A stretch of DNA of 64,000 nt, from IMG/VR virus record IMGVR_UViG_3300029305_002311; one strand, given 5' to 3'. How positions within the stretch are numbered: position 1 is the first letter of the stretch; every line of letters starts with the position of its first letter. Below are positions 1 through 8,883 of the stretch, one piece after another. The notes below the pieces were generated by a model. That model saw only the letters and a list, made by a program, of their open reading frames with translations. It was not told the DNA's origin and did no database searches. This DNA comes from a virus. Made by a program: the position numbers and the translations under genes.

Positions 1-863
1 GAGGTATAGGTTGTCCAAACAATCCTTTACAGTTATGTATTCTTACTCTGTATTTGTTCTTTTCTTCTGGTGTAGAAAGTTTTCTGTCTTTTTCTATGTC
101 TACACTTTGTACAAAGTTAAAGTCTTGCATATATGATGCATTACATTTATATGAAGGATTTTGTTGAGCATCTATTGTAGCTTTAAACTTCTCATTACAT
201 TCATCTAATAATTTCATTAAAGTATCATTAGATTTTACATATTCTACAAAGTTTTCATAACATCTATATAAGTCTAATTCATATTCATTAGGTGTTCTTT
301 GTTCTTGAATTAAAGCCATTCTCACACCATTTTGAGCATTTGTTAATAAATCATCTACTCCCTTTGGAATGTGTAGACAGTTTACTATTTGATTTTCATA
401 GATTGTATTTATTGCTTTTCTAGTTTTAATTGTATTATTCTCTTGAAATAAATCATACATTGCTGGTAATATAAAAGCTAATGATAATACATTAGATAGA
501 GGTTGTATTCCTTTTTCTTTCATTTTAGCTTCTATTGTTTCGGTTAATTCTTTTGATATTTTATTTATGTTTAATAAGTTTCCTAAGTATGTATTAGGAT
601 TGTTTTCTCTAGTTATTTTTTCTCTCTTTGGTTCTATCTTATTTAATTTTACTGGTTCTACTTTACCGCCAGTTCTCTTACTCATTATTCTACTATAATT
701 ACCTGGGTCTGTAGTTTTCATTATATTTAATGGAACATAAGGTTTGTTTTCTCCATTCTTCTTATTTAAATAGTTCAATTGATTTATTCTTGTTGAACAT
801 TGTTTACATATTCCTTTTCTTGTAAACGAATCTACCTCCATATCACAATCTGGACATTTCATA
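1..863 (-). CDS. Partial protein with N-terminal zinc ribbon, runs off left edge
   Basis: Not in ORF track. Reverse complement from 863 reads MKCPDCDMEVDSFTRKGICKQCSTRINQLNYLNKKNGENKPYVP...; AGGAGG-like RBS just upstream. Confidence 0.75.
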
Positions 864-877
864 TTAAATTCCTCCTA

Positions 878-1291
878 CTATATATTATTTCTACGAATGA
901 GTTCTTCTCTTAATAACTCTATGGCCTCTATACACTGAGCCTCATTAAACATTCCAACATGCGTTTTCTCCAATGGAATTTTTAATTTGTTAGATAACCA
1001 AGAGTAAACTTTCTTTCTCTCTTGAGCTTTCTTACTCTTTGGTGAATGTAGCCAAAGTTCATCTAAATATGTATGAACCTGCTTCCTCAGTGTTCTAAGC
1101 CCTGATTTTGCTGGAGTTCCTAAGGGTCTAGTAGTTCCTTTATGTACTCCAACATGTGCTTTGCAGTCTTTGCAAAGGTATATAAGTCCGTATGACTTAC
1201 TATAGATTTCTGACGAATCTACTAATTTTGTTTTCTTCTTGCAATATGGACAATAGACAGTTTCTCCTAATTGAGATAAGTCTACTTCCAT
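878..1291 (-). CDS. Zinc-finger-containing protein (DUF3268-like)
   Basis: VYCPYCKKKTKLVDSSEIY...YLCKDCKAHVGVHKGT...PLGTPA motif. Confidence 0.7.
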   Translation of the reverse strand: MEVDLSQLGETVYCPYCKKKTKLVDSSEIYSKSYGLIYLCKDCKAHVGVHKGTTRPLGTPAKSGLRTLRKQVHTYLDELWLHSPKSKKAQERKKVYSWLSNKLKIPLEKTHVGMFNEAQCIEAIELLREELIRRNNI

Positions 1292-1651
1292 CTATTCACT
1301 CTCACCTCCATTTACTTCTAAAAATACTTTAACAAGTAATCCTACTAAAATAGTTTGCTCAGAAATAGATACTTCATCGAGAGCTAATATTGCAATTATA
1401 CTCTGAGTTGTTTCTTCTAATGAAGAAGTTAACTTATAATTTGTTCCTTTTAAAATAGCCTCAGCTGTCATGTATACATCCATCACATTTCTATCAAAAC
1501 TTTTTATCATTCGTTCAAAATCTTCATTAATAATCTTAAAATCATCTTTAGAGACTTTATTCTTTTTAGTATGATTTATAAGTCTCTTAGCAGTTTTTAA
1601 AATAAACTTATGCTCTGCTTTAGCAACCTTTACTAAGTCTAGCTCTTTCAA
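1292..1651 (-). CDS. Hypothetical protein
   Basis: Tightly packed ORF. Confidence 0.6.
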   Translation of the reverse strand: MKELDLVKVAKAEHKFILKTAKRLINHTKKNKVSKDDFKIINEDFERMIKSFDRNVMDVYMTAEAILKGTNYKLTSSLEETTQSIIAILALDEVSISEQTILVGLLVKVFLEVNGGESE

Positions 1652-1664
1652 AATAATCTACCTC

Positions 1665-1874
1665 CTAAGTATTATTATGTTGAATAAACTTTTCATACTT
1701 AGTTTTTGCTTTAGTAAGTTGCTTTCTTTTTTCATATAATAATGATTGTTGCTTTTTTCTTTCGAATGGGTTTCTATTAGTTAGAAGTGAATTTTCAATC
1801 ATCTCTACTTCTGACTCTAGAGTATTAATCTTTTCCCAATATTCAAAATCATTCTGAGGATTTCTCTTCGCCAT
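1665..1874 (-). CDS. Small coiled-coil hypothetical protein
   Basis: Operon-packed ORF. Confidence 0.55.
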   Translation of the reverse strand: MAKRNPQNDFEYWEKINTLESEVEMIENSLLTNRNPFERKKQQSLLYEKRKQLTKAKTKYEKFIQHNNT

Positions 1875-2133
1875 CTTGAGTTTCCACCTCCTTTTCTAAC
1901 TTAAGAACATCAGGTCTTATTGCAGTTGCTTTTACTTTAAATCCAAGTTTTTCTTCTACATATTCTACTAAATAATCTTTACATTCTTCTAAACACTTGT
2001 AAGATTTGAATTTTATTACACATTTATGTCTTCCATTCCAGTCCATATAGAACATTATCTGTCTTAAATCTTTTCCTGTAAGATTTTCTGGTGTTCTTCT
2101 TCCTATAAATTGTACATCAGGTGATATTACCAT
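1849..2133 (-). CDS. Hypothetical protein
   Basis: Start re-assigned to MVISPD.. (RBS GGAGG upstream); the tracked start at 2172 lies in the promoter -10. Confidence 0.6.
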   Translation of the reverse strand: MVISPDVQFIGRRTPENLTGKDLRQIMFYMDWNGRHKCVIKFKSYKCLEECKDYLVEYVEEKLGFKVKATAIRPDVLKLEKEVETQDGEEKSSE

Positions 2134-2170
2134 ATTATTGTTTCTCACCTCCTCATAAATTATTATAGGC

Positions 2171-2199
2171 ATTATATCAAATAATGCCTAAAATGTAAA
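2171..2199 (-). promoter_or_regulatory. Sigma-A/sigma70-type promoter: TTTACA-17-TATAAT
   Basis: Minus strand TTTACATTTTAGGCATTATTTGATATAAT. Confidence 0.85.
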
Positions 2200-2226
2200 T
2201 ACTTTTAAAAACGTTTTTAGAAATAC

Positions 2227-2421
2227 TTAAGCTGGCTCTGTATAATTATAAACTACTAGAGCACTAAAGTAAGGGTTTTCTTCATCATCGATTGCAGTTG
2301 AATATTCTATGCTAACTATTGTGATAGTGTCATCATTAATAAATTTATTTAAGTCTTCTTCAAACTTATCTAAATCATAACCTGCAATTACTTTAGTTGC
2401 ATGTTTTATCTTAACTTCCAT
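2227..2421 (-). CDS. Small hypothetical protein
   Basis: ORF track, RBS. Confidence 0.55.
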   Translation of the reverse strand: MEVKIKHATKVIAGYDLDKFEEDLNKFINDDTITIVSIEYSTAIDDEENPYFSALVVYNYTEPA

Positions 2422-2669
2422 TATAATACCTCCTTAAGTTTGATATTAAATTGCTCTTCTAATTTACGAATAGCTTCTAATTTAGTTTTCTCTATATCAT
2501 CATAAATTACTCCTTGTTTAATTAAGTTATTCAATGAGTCTTCATTATGATTATAGTTACTAGAAACAGATTTATTTAGTTTGTATAATACATCAACTAT
2601 TTCTATTTGTTCTATTTCTCCAGTTTTCTTATTATTTCTAAATAAGATTTGCCCTTTTTTAAATTTCAT
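2421..2669 (-). CDS. Small hypothetical protein
   Basis: ORF track, RBS. Confidence 0.55.
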   Translation of the reverse strand: MKFKKGQILFRNNKKTGEIEQIEIVDVLYKLNKSVSSNYNHNEDSLNNLIKQGVIYDDIEKTKLEAIRKLEEQFNIKLKEVL

Positions 2670-2678
2670 GAGTACCTC

Positions 2679-3080
2679 CTACATTAATTTATCTAATTCT
2701 AAGTCTTCTCTTAATTTAGACTTATTCTTCTTCCAGATTATATCTTCTGTAATATTTAGTATGACTACTAAAGCTAAACAAGTTAAATTAACTGTTAAGA
2801 ATATTTTTGATAATAAGTTAGCTAAATCATCATCTACTCCGACAAGAGTAATTCCACATACAAATGATGCTATTAAAGCTATTACTTGAATTATTATTAG
2901 AGTAGTTGCTATAGCTGATTTCAATCCTATATGTAATTTAAATAGAACATCTGATGCATTCATTTCTATAATAGCTTTCTTGATTTCTTTGTTTAGAGCT
3001 TCTGATGATTGTAGAACTTCTTCATAGTGCTTTTCTAGTTTTTCATATTCTTCTTTGTTTATTTTTTCTTTTTCTGACAC
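2679..3080 (-). CDS. Small membrane protein with two predicted TM segments
   Basis: Hydrophobic stretches AIATTLIIIQVIALIASFVCGI and IFLTVNLTCLALVVILNI. Confidence 0.6.
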   Translation of the reverse strand: MSEKEKINKEEYEKLEKHYEEVLQSSEALNKEIKKAIIEMNASDVLFKLHIGLKSAIATTLIIIQVIALIASFVCGITLVGVDDDLANLLSKIFLTVNLTCLALVVILNITEDIIWKKNKSKLREDLELDKLM

Positions 3081-3358
3081 TTATCTTTCACCTCCTTAAC
3101 TCTATAGTGAGGTATGTCAAACATCTTAGTTGAACTCCAAAAACTCTCACCGCACTGTGTGCATGTATATATGTAAGCCACGTTATCACTATCTTTTACA
3201 TAGTCTTGTGGTTTTACTCCTTTAATACTATCTGAAAAACTCCAAGAGTCCCAATCACATTGTTCTCCAGCATTATGTACCCAATCGTGCTCACACTCTG
3301 GATGTCCTACTGGGTCTAAGTGTTTCATTCTTTTAATCATTCTTAGCCATCTACTCAA
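3059..3358 (-). CDS. Small zinc-binding-like protein
   Basis: CEHDW...CTQCGESFW; TTG start. Confidence 0.55.
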   Translation of the reverse strand: MSRWLRMIKRMKHLDPVGHPECEHDWVHNAGEQCDWDSWSFSDSIKGVKPQDYVKDSDNVAYIYTCTQCGESFWSSTKMFDIPHYRVKEVKDKCQKKKK

Positions 3359-3512
3359 TAGTATTTACCTCCTTCATTTGTATTTCTAATTGTTTAGTCT
3401 TTTCTTGCTCTACTTGCAATTTATAGTCAGATATAACTAGTGCTATAACTATGATTGCTAATAATAACCAGATTAGCACTGTTTCATCTATTTCAAACTT
3501 ACCAAACTTCAT
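3351..3512 (-). CDS. Short single-TM protein
   Basis: Not in ORF track; reads MKFGKFEIDETVLIWLLLAIIVIALVISDYKLQVEQEKTKQLEIQMKEVNTIE*. Confidence 0.55.
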   Translation of the reverse strand: MKFGKFEIDETVLIWLLLAIIVIALVISDYKLQVEQEKTKQLEIQMKEVNTIE

Positions 3513-3523
3513 TTCATACTCCT

Positions 3524-3823
3524 TTACTGAATAGTTCCATTCATTTTAGCTTTTAATAAATCTCTTAAGTGCTGTTCTGGATTATTCTTATACATTTTAA
3601 TCTTATCTTCTATAGCTGCGATTTGTAATATGTATTCTTGTATCTTAGGGTCTTGTAGTATATACTTCTCAGCTGCATCTAAATCAAACTTAGATATTAC
3701 TCCTTTAGCTATTAGAACTTGTTCTAGAGTTCTAATTTGTATTTTTACATCTAATATTTCTTTTGCTTGATTTAATTTATTCTGAGCACTATCTAAATCA
3801 TAGTTATCATTGTTTGTTAGCAT
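3524..3823 (-). CDS. Hypothetical coiled-coil protein
   Basis: ORF track. Confidence 0.55.
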   Translation of the reverse strand: MLTNNDNYDLDSAQNKLNQAKEILDVKIQIRTLEQVLIAKGVISKFDLDAAEKYILQDPKIQEYILQIAAIEDKIKMYKNNPEQHLRDLLKAKMNGTIQ

Positions 3824-4133
3824 CTAAATCCTCCTCTACTAGCTCTATCTTTAATCTAGATTTTACTTCATTAAATACAGTTTCTGTAATCTTACGGTCT
3901 AATAAGCTATCGAAGTTTAGAAGTAAATGATATAAAGTTTTGTTTTGGTCTTGTCTAATTTCTTTTCTAATCATATTCTCTATAATGTAAGTTAATCTAT
4001 TCTCATCATTAAATAGAGTATGTATTTCTTTTTGCACTGTGTTTTTAATTACTTCTTCTACATACTCTTTAGTTATACCTAAATCATTATGAATAAAGTT
4101 CTTCACGTCTCTATAAGATTGACTATTTTCCAT
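3807..4133 (-). CDS. Hypothetical protein
   Basis: ORF with AAGGAGG RBS immediately after element E1. Confidence 0.6.
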   Translation of the reverse strand: MENSQSYRDVKNFIHNDLGITKEYVEEVIKNTVQKEIHTLFNDENRLTYIIENMIRKEIRQDQNKTLYHLLLNFDSLLDRKITETVFNEVKSRLKIELVEEDLDANKQ

Positions 4134-4142
4134 ATTTCCTCC

Positions 4143-4210
4143 TTAGCGCTAAGCTATATAATTTATTGTCTTCTACTAGAAAATGTATTCTGAGTCATTC
4201 TGATGTTTAC
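4143..4210 (-). promoter_or_regulatory. Intergenic repeat element E1
   Basis: GTAAACATCAGAATGACTCAGAATACATTTTCTAGTAGAAGACAATAAATTATATAGCTTAGCGCTAA on minus strand. Confidence 0.75.
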
Positions 4211-4404
4211 AATGTGGCCATAAATTCACTTTCTGTAAGCTTTGTTCCATATGCCATAACCTTAGCTATATCAGCTTCTTCTGACTCTCCATCTCCTACT
4301 CCTATATAATAATGTATTTCATCAGTAAGTACGTCACGAGCTTTGATTATTCCAGCACATTTTTTACTCATTGTTGTGTACCAGTTTGCTTTTATAACCT
4401 CCAT
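4207..4404 (-). CDS. Small hypothetical protein
   Basis: ORF track. Confidence 0.5.
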   Translation of the reverse strand: MEVIKANWYTTMSKKCAGIIKARDVLTDEIHYYIGVGDGESEEADIAKVMAYGTKLTESEFMATL

Positions 4405-4892
4405 GCTTCTTGTTCACCTCCTATCTTATTGTAATTTTCACTAGAGTCTATTTCCTCTACAATTTCTTTATTTAATATAACTATACTATCACAGTCCCAA
4501 CAAAACATTTGATTATAAAGTTCAGCATCTTCTGATATAAGTACTTCTACTGCATCATACTCTTTTCTTAATTCTTCAAAGTCTAAATAAGTATGAAAAC
4601 TTAGATGCATATATGGGTCGTGCGGTAGTTTAGGTAAATCTTTAAGCATCTTTGTTCTGTTTATAGTTAATATGTTTGCATCTTCTTTTATTATAAACTT
4701 AAACCACTTGTCTGGTCTAAAGTAAGGGTATTCTTCTACTTCACACCACCATTTCCAAGACTTAGGAGCGTCTATTCTAGAAGCCCACAATCCTCCACGA
4801 GGTTTACAATTTCGTGGGTCATTGTATATATCTACAAATATGTTCTTATTATAATGTCTGTGTCCATAGTGTATAAATGTATTAGTCATCAT
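4392..4892 (-). CDS. Hypothetical protein with HYG...KPRGGLWAS...WCE motif
   Basis: FIHYGHRHYNKNIF...CKPRGGLWASRIDAPKSWKWWCE. Confidence 0.65.
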   Translation of the reverse strand: MMTNTFIHYGHRHYNKNIFVDIYNDPRNCKPRGGLWASRIDAPKSWKWWCEVEEYPYFRPDKWFKFIIKEDANILTINRTKMLKDLPKLPHDPYMHLSFHTYLDFEELRKEYDAVEVLISEDAELYNQMFCWDCDSIVILNKEIVEEIDSSENYNKIGGEQEAWRL

Positions 4893-4904
4893 TTCCTCCT
4901 TAAA

Positions 4905-5145
4905 TTAAAGAAGTGGGTAAGCTATTAATCTAACGCCTACCCACAGATTAGAGGTGGTTAATCTACACCTCCTCCACTATCTTAGTTATGATTTCCTAAG
5001 ATAGACCCCATAGACCATTTTCTAAGGGCGCCGCTGAAAACCTTCTTTCCAGCTAGGAGTATAGGAGCTACCTATACACGAGTACTCGTACTGAAGGGTG
5101 AAGAAAAACAAATATAGTGAGATTGATACGAGCTTTGCTACCCTA
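4905..5145 (-). ncRNA. Putative structured noncoding RNA or leader, unknown class
   Basis: Non-ORF intergenic region with perfect stems 4913-4919/4938-4944, 4977-4984/4997-5004, 5059-5065/5071-5077, enclosing pair 5041-5045/5093-5097; locally higher GC. Confidence 0.5.
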
Positions 5146-5167
5146 ACTCCAATATTAAATTATTATG

Positions 5168-5554
5168 CTATATTTTAAATGTTAACTCTTCTTTAGATGG
5201 ATAATTCTTTCCACCTCTTCTAAGTCCTCTATCTAGTTCTCTAAATACATACTCTTGATGCATCTGTATTGTCTTTTCTGGTAGTTTCAGCTTATATTCT
5301 TTAAACTTATCTATTGCCCACTGAGTTGCTGCAAATTCTGACTCACATCTTCTCATTTTAGTCTTGTAAGTTTCTAAATGTCCTATTTCATGAAATAGAA
5401 TAAATGTAGTTGCTACACTATTAGCTGCATTCCACTTACACACTCTTCTAGTTCCATCACAGTGTGCATGAGTTCTAGACCAGCATTTACTATTGTAAAC
5501 TATCTTTACGTTGTACTTTTCAATTACTTCTTTTTGAATGTCTAGATATTTCAT
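5168..5554 (-). CDS. HExxH zinc metallopeptidase-like protein (ImmA/IrrE-like size class)
   Basis: TFILFHEIGHLETYK...CESEFAATQWA: HEIGH motif plus downstream E-x-x-A. Confidence 0.6.
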   Translation of the reverse strand: MKYLDIQKEVIEKYNVKIVYNSKCWSRTHAHCDGTRRVCKWNAANSVATTFILFHEIGHLETYKTKMRRCESEFAATQWAIDKFKEYKLKLPEKTIQMHQEYVFRELDRGLRRGGKNYPSKEELTFKI

Positions 5555-5760
5555 TCTATCACCTTCTTAAAATAATCTACGTACTCACCGTCTTTCATTA
5601 TAATAATTACTTTATATTTAGTATTATCTTCTACATACTCATATAGAAATACTGAGTCAGTTTCATCTACTTGTTCTATGCCTGCGTCATATGAGTCCCA
5701 CCTATTTATTCTAGTTCCGTATTTTCTTACATCATCTAAAAATTCTTTCATTTTCATCAC
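5551..5760 (-). CDS. Small hypothetical protein
   Basis: ORF track. Confidence 0.5.
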   Translation of the reverse strand: MMKMKEFLDDVRKYGTRINRWDSYDAGIEQVDETDSVFLYEYVEDNTKYKVIIIMKDGEYVDYFKKVIE

Positions 5761-5765
5761 TTCCT

Positions 5766-6044
5766 TTAGTATGTTTCAAATCCTATTATTTCATTCTTTT
5801 CTATATTGATAAATACTTTTAGAGTTTCATCTTCTACTCCAATGTAATAAACTTCTATTCTGTCTGCTTTTAAGTGAGTTTCTTCTCCTACTCTCTTATC
5901 ATAGATTGCTATGAGCTTTCCTACTTTCTTAACATGCTCTAACCATTCTAAATCTTTCTTACTTAATTCTTCCATATTCATTCTCCTTAGCTTAAGCTTT
6001 TTAATATTTGTTCTATTATTTCTATCTTTCCTCTTAGCTTGCAT
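5766..6044 (-). CDS. Small hypothetical protein
   Basis: ORF track. Confidence 0.5.
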   Translation of the reverse strand: MQAKRKDRNNRTNIKKLKLRRMNMEELSKKDLEWLEHVKKVGKLIAIYDKRVGEETHLKADRIEVYYIGVEDETLKVFINIEKNEIIGFETY

Positions 6045-6475
6045 TGCTCTATAAGAGGTAAGTCTAAATTCATCTGGTCTTTCAACATCTGTAATAATTC
6101 TTTTAGATAGTTTGTAGATACTCCAGTGTATACTATTTCTCTTTTAGAATTAGATTTTCTTGAGTCTTTTGCTTTTTGTATAGTATTAGCATCTTCTTCT
6201 GATAGTTCTACTACTTCAAACTTCATATGAGATAAATGTAAATTCATTTCTTGAACTTCTAATAGTTTAGTGATTTTATTTTCTGCTGCTTGTTTAGTTT
6301 TGAATGTTTGTATGTTATACCCAAACTCAGGGTCTCTGATAGTATTAGCTCCTATGAATTTTCCAGAGTCTCCTCTAGTTGCACTGTATAATCCAGTATA
6401 ATAACCTATAAAGCTAACTTCTCTACTCCATTCATTAACTTTATCAAATATTTTAATAGCATACATTCTAATCAC
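5987..6475 (-). CDS. Hypothetical protein
   Basis: ORF track. Confidence 0.55.
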   Translation of the reverse strand: MIRMYAIKIFDKVNEWSREVSFIGYYTGLYSATRGDSGKFIGANTIRDPEFGYNIQTFKTKQAAENKITKLLEVQEMNLHLSHMKFEVVELSEEDANTIQKAKDSRKSNSKREIVYTGVSTNYLKELLQMLKDQMNLDLPLIEQCKLRGKIEIIEQILKSLS

Positions 6476-6477
6476 CT

Positions 6478-6627
6478 CTAATCTATTTTATATTGTTCTA
6501 AGAAATCCTCCATCGCTTCTATTTGACCACATTCACTGCAGATTTCTGTTTTGTTATCTCTTCTTGAAAGTGCTGGGTAGCCAACTATTTCTTCTCCACA
6601 TTTAGGACAAACTTTCTTATTTTTCAT
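6478..6627 (-). CDS. Short zinc-ribbon protein (49 aa)
   Basis: Not in ORF track; MKNKKVCPKCGEEIVGYPALSRRDNKTEICSECGQIEAMEDFLEQYKID*. Confidence 0.65.
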   Translation of the reverse strand: MKNKKVCPKCGEEIVGYPALSRRDNKTEICSECGQIEAMEDFLEQYKID

Positions 6628-6880
6628 AAGTCTCACTCCTTATTATATAGTATTGTCTGTTTTCATCTTCTGCTATATCATAGTCGTTAATTCTAATCCA
6701 TCCATTTGATTGATAAGTAGATACTCTAATTCCGCTTTTAGGTTCTATTGCTACTATTATATCATTGCCTTCTCCGTCTTTTCCATTATAAATAGTTGCT
6801 TCCTCTACTTTATCTAATATATCTAAGATTGAATTATCATCTTCTAAATCTATTTGTTTTATTAAATCTATATCATTCAT
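6617..6880 (-). CDS. Small hypothetical protein
   Basis: ORF track. Confidence 0.55.
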   Translation of the reverse strand: MNDIDLIKQIDLEDDNSILDILDKVEEATIYNGKDGEGNDIIVAIEPKSGIRVSTYQSNGWIRINDYDIAEDENRQYYIIRSETYEK

Positions 6881-6884
6881 TTTA

Positions 6885-7196
6885 TTATTCTCCTTTTAAT
6901 ATTCTATCATATACAATTTCTCTAGCTTTTTGATTTACTTTTATGTCTAATAAGTCTAACATTGCGTGTAATACTTCTTCTCTTTCAAATTCTTTCCAAT
7001 CGAAGTATTCTCCTCCAATTAAACTTCCGTCTTCATCTTTAGTTAATTCATATTCTCTGTTTAGTGTGATAAAGAAGTTGTCTGTTCCAGTTTTGTCTAC
7101 ACTTCTTACTTCATCCACTTTGTCTTGAATGTAATTTAGTCTTTCTCCATTTTCTTTAAACTTTTCTTTTAATTTTGTTATGATTTGTTCTCTCAT
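6885..7196 (-). CDS. Hypothetical protein
   Basis: ORF downstream of consensus promoter. Confidence 0.6.
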   Translation of the reverse strand: MREQIITKLKEKFKENGERLNYIQDKVDEVRSVDKTGTDNFFITLNREYELTKDEDGSLIGGEYFDWKEFEREEVLHAMLDLLDIKVNQKAREIVYDRILKGE

Positions 7197-7232
7197 ATCA
7201 ATATAACCTCCTCTATATTTGTTTATATATCT

Positions 7233-7261
7233 ATTATATCATAGTTTGCTATAAATGTAAA
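7233..7261 (-). promoter_or_regulatory. Sigma-A/sigma70-type promoter: TTTACA-17-TATAAT
   Basis: Minus strand TTTACATTTATAGCAAACTATGATATAAT. Confidence 0.88.
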
Positions 7262-7290
7262 TAGTTTTGACTAAAATACTTTAAAAACTT

Positions 7291-8289
7291 TTATAACGTT
7301 CTATAAACTTCTTTAAGTTTTTCTCTGCTAAGTATATCTTTATGTATAAATATAGGAAGTAGTTTTACTATCTCATCGTGAGTAAATCTTCTAGTTCTTT
7401 TATTATCAAAGAATGAGTACATTACATTAACTGATACTCCTAAAGCTTCGGCTACTTTGTAAATTACTTTCTTTCTTCCAGAGCGTCTCTCATCAGTTAG
7501 ATATTTCTTAAGTCTAGCTTTAAGTCTACTATTTAAATCTAAATAGTCTTCATAACAGTAGATATCATCAAATAGATATTCATCAGGAAATACTTTTGAT
7601 AGAGGCACTTCAAATACTTCTGCAATAGCACACTTAGTTCTCATCTTAGGAACTCTTTTACTATTAGCTATATCTGATAGTGTAGCCGCTTGAACTACTC
7701 CTTTAGTAAGTTTCTCTATCTCACTAGAAGATAGTTTGTGCTTTAACTTTAATTTAGATATGTTATTTTTGTGTTGTTCATTTAAACTCTTCTCTAATTT
7801 AGATACTCTCATTTTCTGTTTATAGTTTTGATTAAATACATTAGTTAGCTTTTCTCTAATTCTAGAGTCCACTTCTTTCTCATAAAGCATGACTCTTCTT
7901 AAGAACTCATCTCTTCCTATTTGATAGTGTTTGTAGACGTCTTGTCTAGTAAACTTAGACCTAAGTACTTCTTTTATCATCTGCTTCTCTCCTAAAGTTA
8001 GAGTATTTTTACGAAGTCCTCTAAGAGTAGCTGGATTAGTGATATGATTTCTTAAGTCTATTACTGGAAGTTCTTCTATCATCTTCCCTCTTAGCTCTTT
8101 GTTTTTAAGATTTCTTTCTTGCTTGCAAGTTTTACAGACTAGCTGTATTCTGTAAGGGTCTTCATAATTATGTCTGATTTCAGCAGGAGCTCCACAAAAC
8201 TGACATTTTCTCTCTACATTAGTACTTCTGTCTAAGAATTTATTGATATACATCATTTGCTGGTTAAAATCTTTAAATTCTTGCTTCAT
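7291..8289 (-). CDS. Putative DNA-binding regulator (zinc ribbon plus HTH-like segments)
   Basis: CQFCGAPAEIRH...LVCKTCKQE; ATLSDIANSKRVPKMRTKCAIAEVFEVPLSKVFPDEY resembles an XRE-type HTH. Confidence 0.55.
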   Translation of the reverse strand: MKQEFKDFNQQMMYINKFLDRSTNVERKCQFCGAPAEIRHNYEDPYRIQLVCKTCKQERNLKNKELRGKMIEELPVIDLRNHITNPATLRGLRKNTLTLGEKQMIKEVLRSKFTRQDVYKHYQIGRDEFLRRVMLYEKEVDSRIREKLTNVFNQNYKQKMRVSKLEKSLNEQHKNNISKLKLKHKLSSSEIEKLTKGVVQAATLSDIANSKRVPKMRTKCAIAEVFEVPLSKVFPDEYLFDDIYCYEDYLDLNSRLKARLKKYLTDERRSGRKKVIYKVAEALGVSVNVMYSFFDNKRTRRFTHDEIVKLLPIFIHKDILSREKLKEVYRTL

Positions 8290-8316
8290 CTTTATCAGAC
8301 TTCCTTTCCTTTTAAT

Positions 8317-8384
8317 TTAGCGCTGCGCTATATAACTTTATTAGTTCAGTCTGAAAATGCATTCTGGGTCATTCTGATGTTTAG
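8317..8384 (-). promoter_or_regulatory. Intergenic repeat element E2
   Basis: CTAAACATCAGAATGACCCAGAATGCATTTTCAGACTGAACTAATAAAGTTATATAGCGCAGCGCTAA. Confidence 0.75.
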
Positions 8385-8446
8385 TTTTTTGACTGCGCTG
8401 ACTATTTTCTATTAGCTACAGCTTCTCGAGACATTTTATAATATCT

Positions 8447-8475
8447 ATTATATCATAGTATGCTTTGAATGTAAA
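8447..8475 (-). promoter_or_regulatory. Sigma-A/sigma70-type promoter: TTTACA-17-TATAAT
   Basis: Minus strand TTTACATTCAAAGCATACTATGATATAAT. Confidence 0.88.
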
Positions 8476-8492
8476 TAGGCTTGAAACGAGAG

Positions 8493-8517
8493 AAAAGAGA
8501 GCTTATCGCTCTCTTTT
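8493..8517. terminator. Intrinsic terminator, symmetric A/T tails
   Basis: AAAAGAGAGC-ttatc-GCTCTCTTTT. Confidence 0.85.
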
Positions 8518-8523
8518 CCTTGA

Positions 8524-8823
8524 CTAGAATCTGTAAATCCACTTTAAGTGGGTCCTCTTGTACTCTCTCAGTTGACGGTTGATTTTTGCTTGCTCTGCTG
8601 CAGACAGCTTATTGAACCAAGTATGGCACTTTTCACAAAGAATAGCTCCGTTCTCTACTGAAGTATCTCCACCTTTGGATTTCTCCTGCATGTGATGATA
8701 GGTCAGACAGTTTCTAGATTTCTTCTTGCAAGTGTTTGACCGTTTCGGCTTAAAACCGCACAGCATACATTTCTTTCCATAGAGCTGATACATCAACTCC
8801 CGAGTTGCTTTGTTGCTAGCCAT
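8524..8823 (-). CDS. HNH endonuclease
   Basis: CMLCGFKPKR...LTYHHMQEKSKGGDTSVENGAILCEKCHTWFN. Confidence 0.85.
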   Translation of the reverse strand: MASNKATRELMYQLYGKKCMLCGFKPKRSNTCKKKSRNCLTYHHMQEKSKGGDTSVENGAILCEKCHTWFNKLSAAEQAKINRQLREYKRTHLKWIYRF

Positions 8824-8883
8824 ATGATTGTCTCCTTTCCTAAATTATTAGTGTAAAGATAACTGATAGAGTAGACTATTTAA

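Noticed and set aside
4893-5167. Group I intron or tRNA in the structured gap
   Set aside because: No interrupted exon on either side and no cloverleaf or T-loop GTTCRA; the short AAGATAGT-like string is too weak to call P7.
8524-8823. Intron-encoded homing endonuclease
   Set aside because: The HNH gene is flanked by its own terminator and intergenic DNA with no split gene evident, so it is called a free-standing HNH gene.
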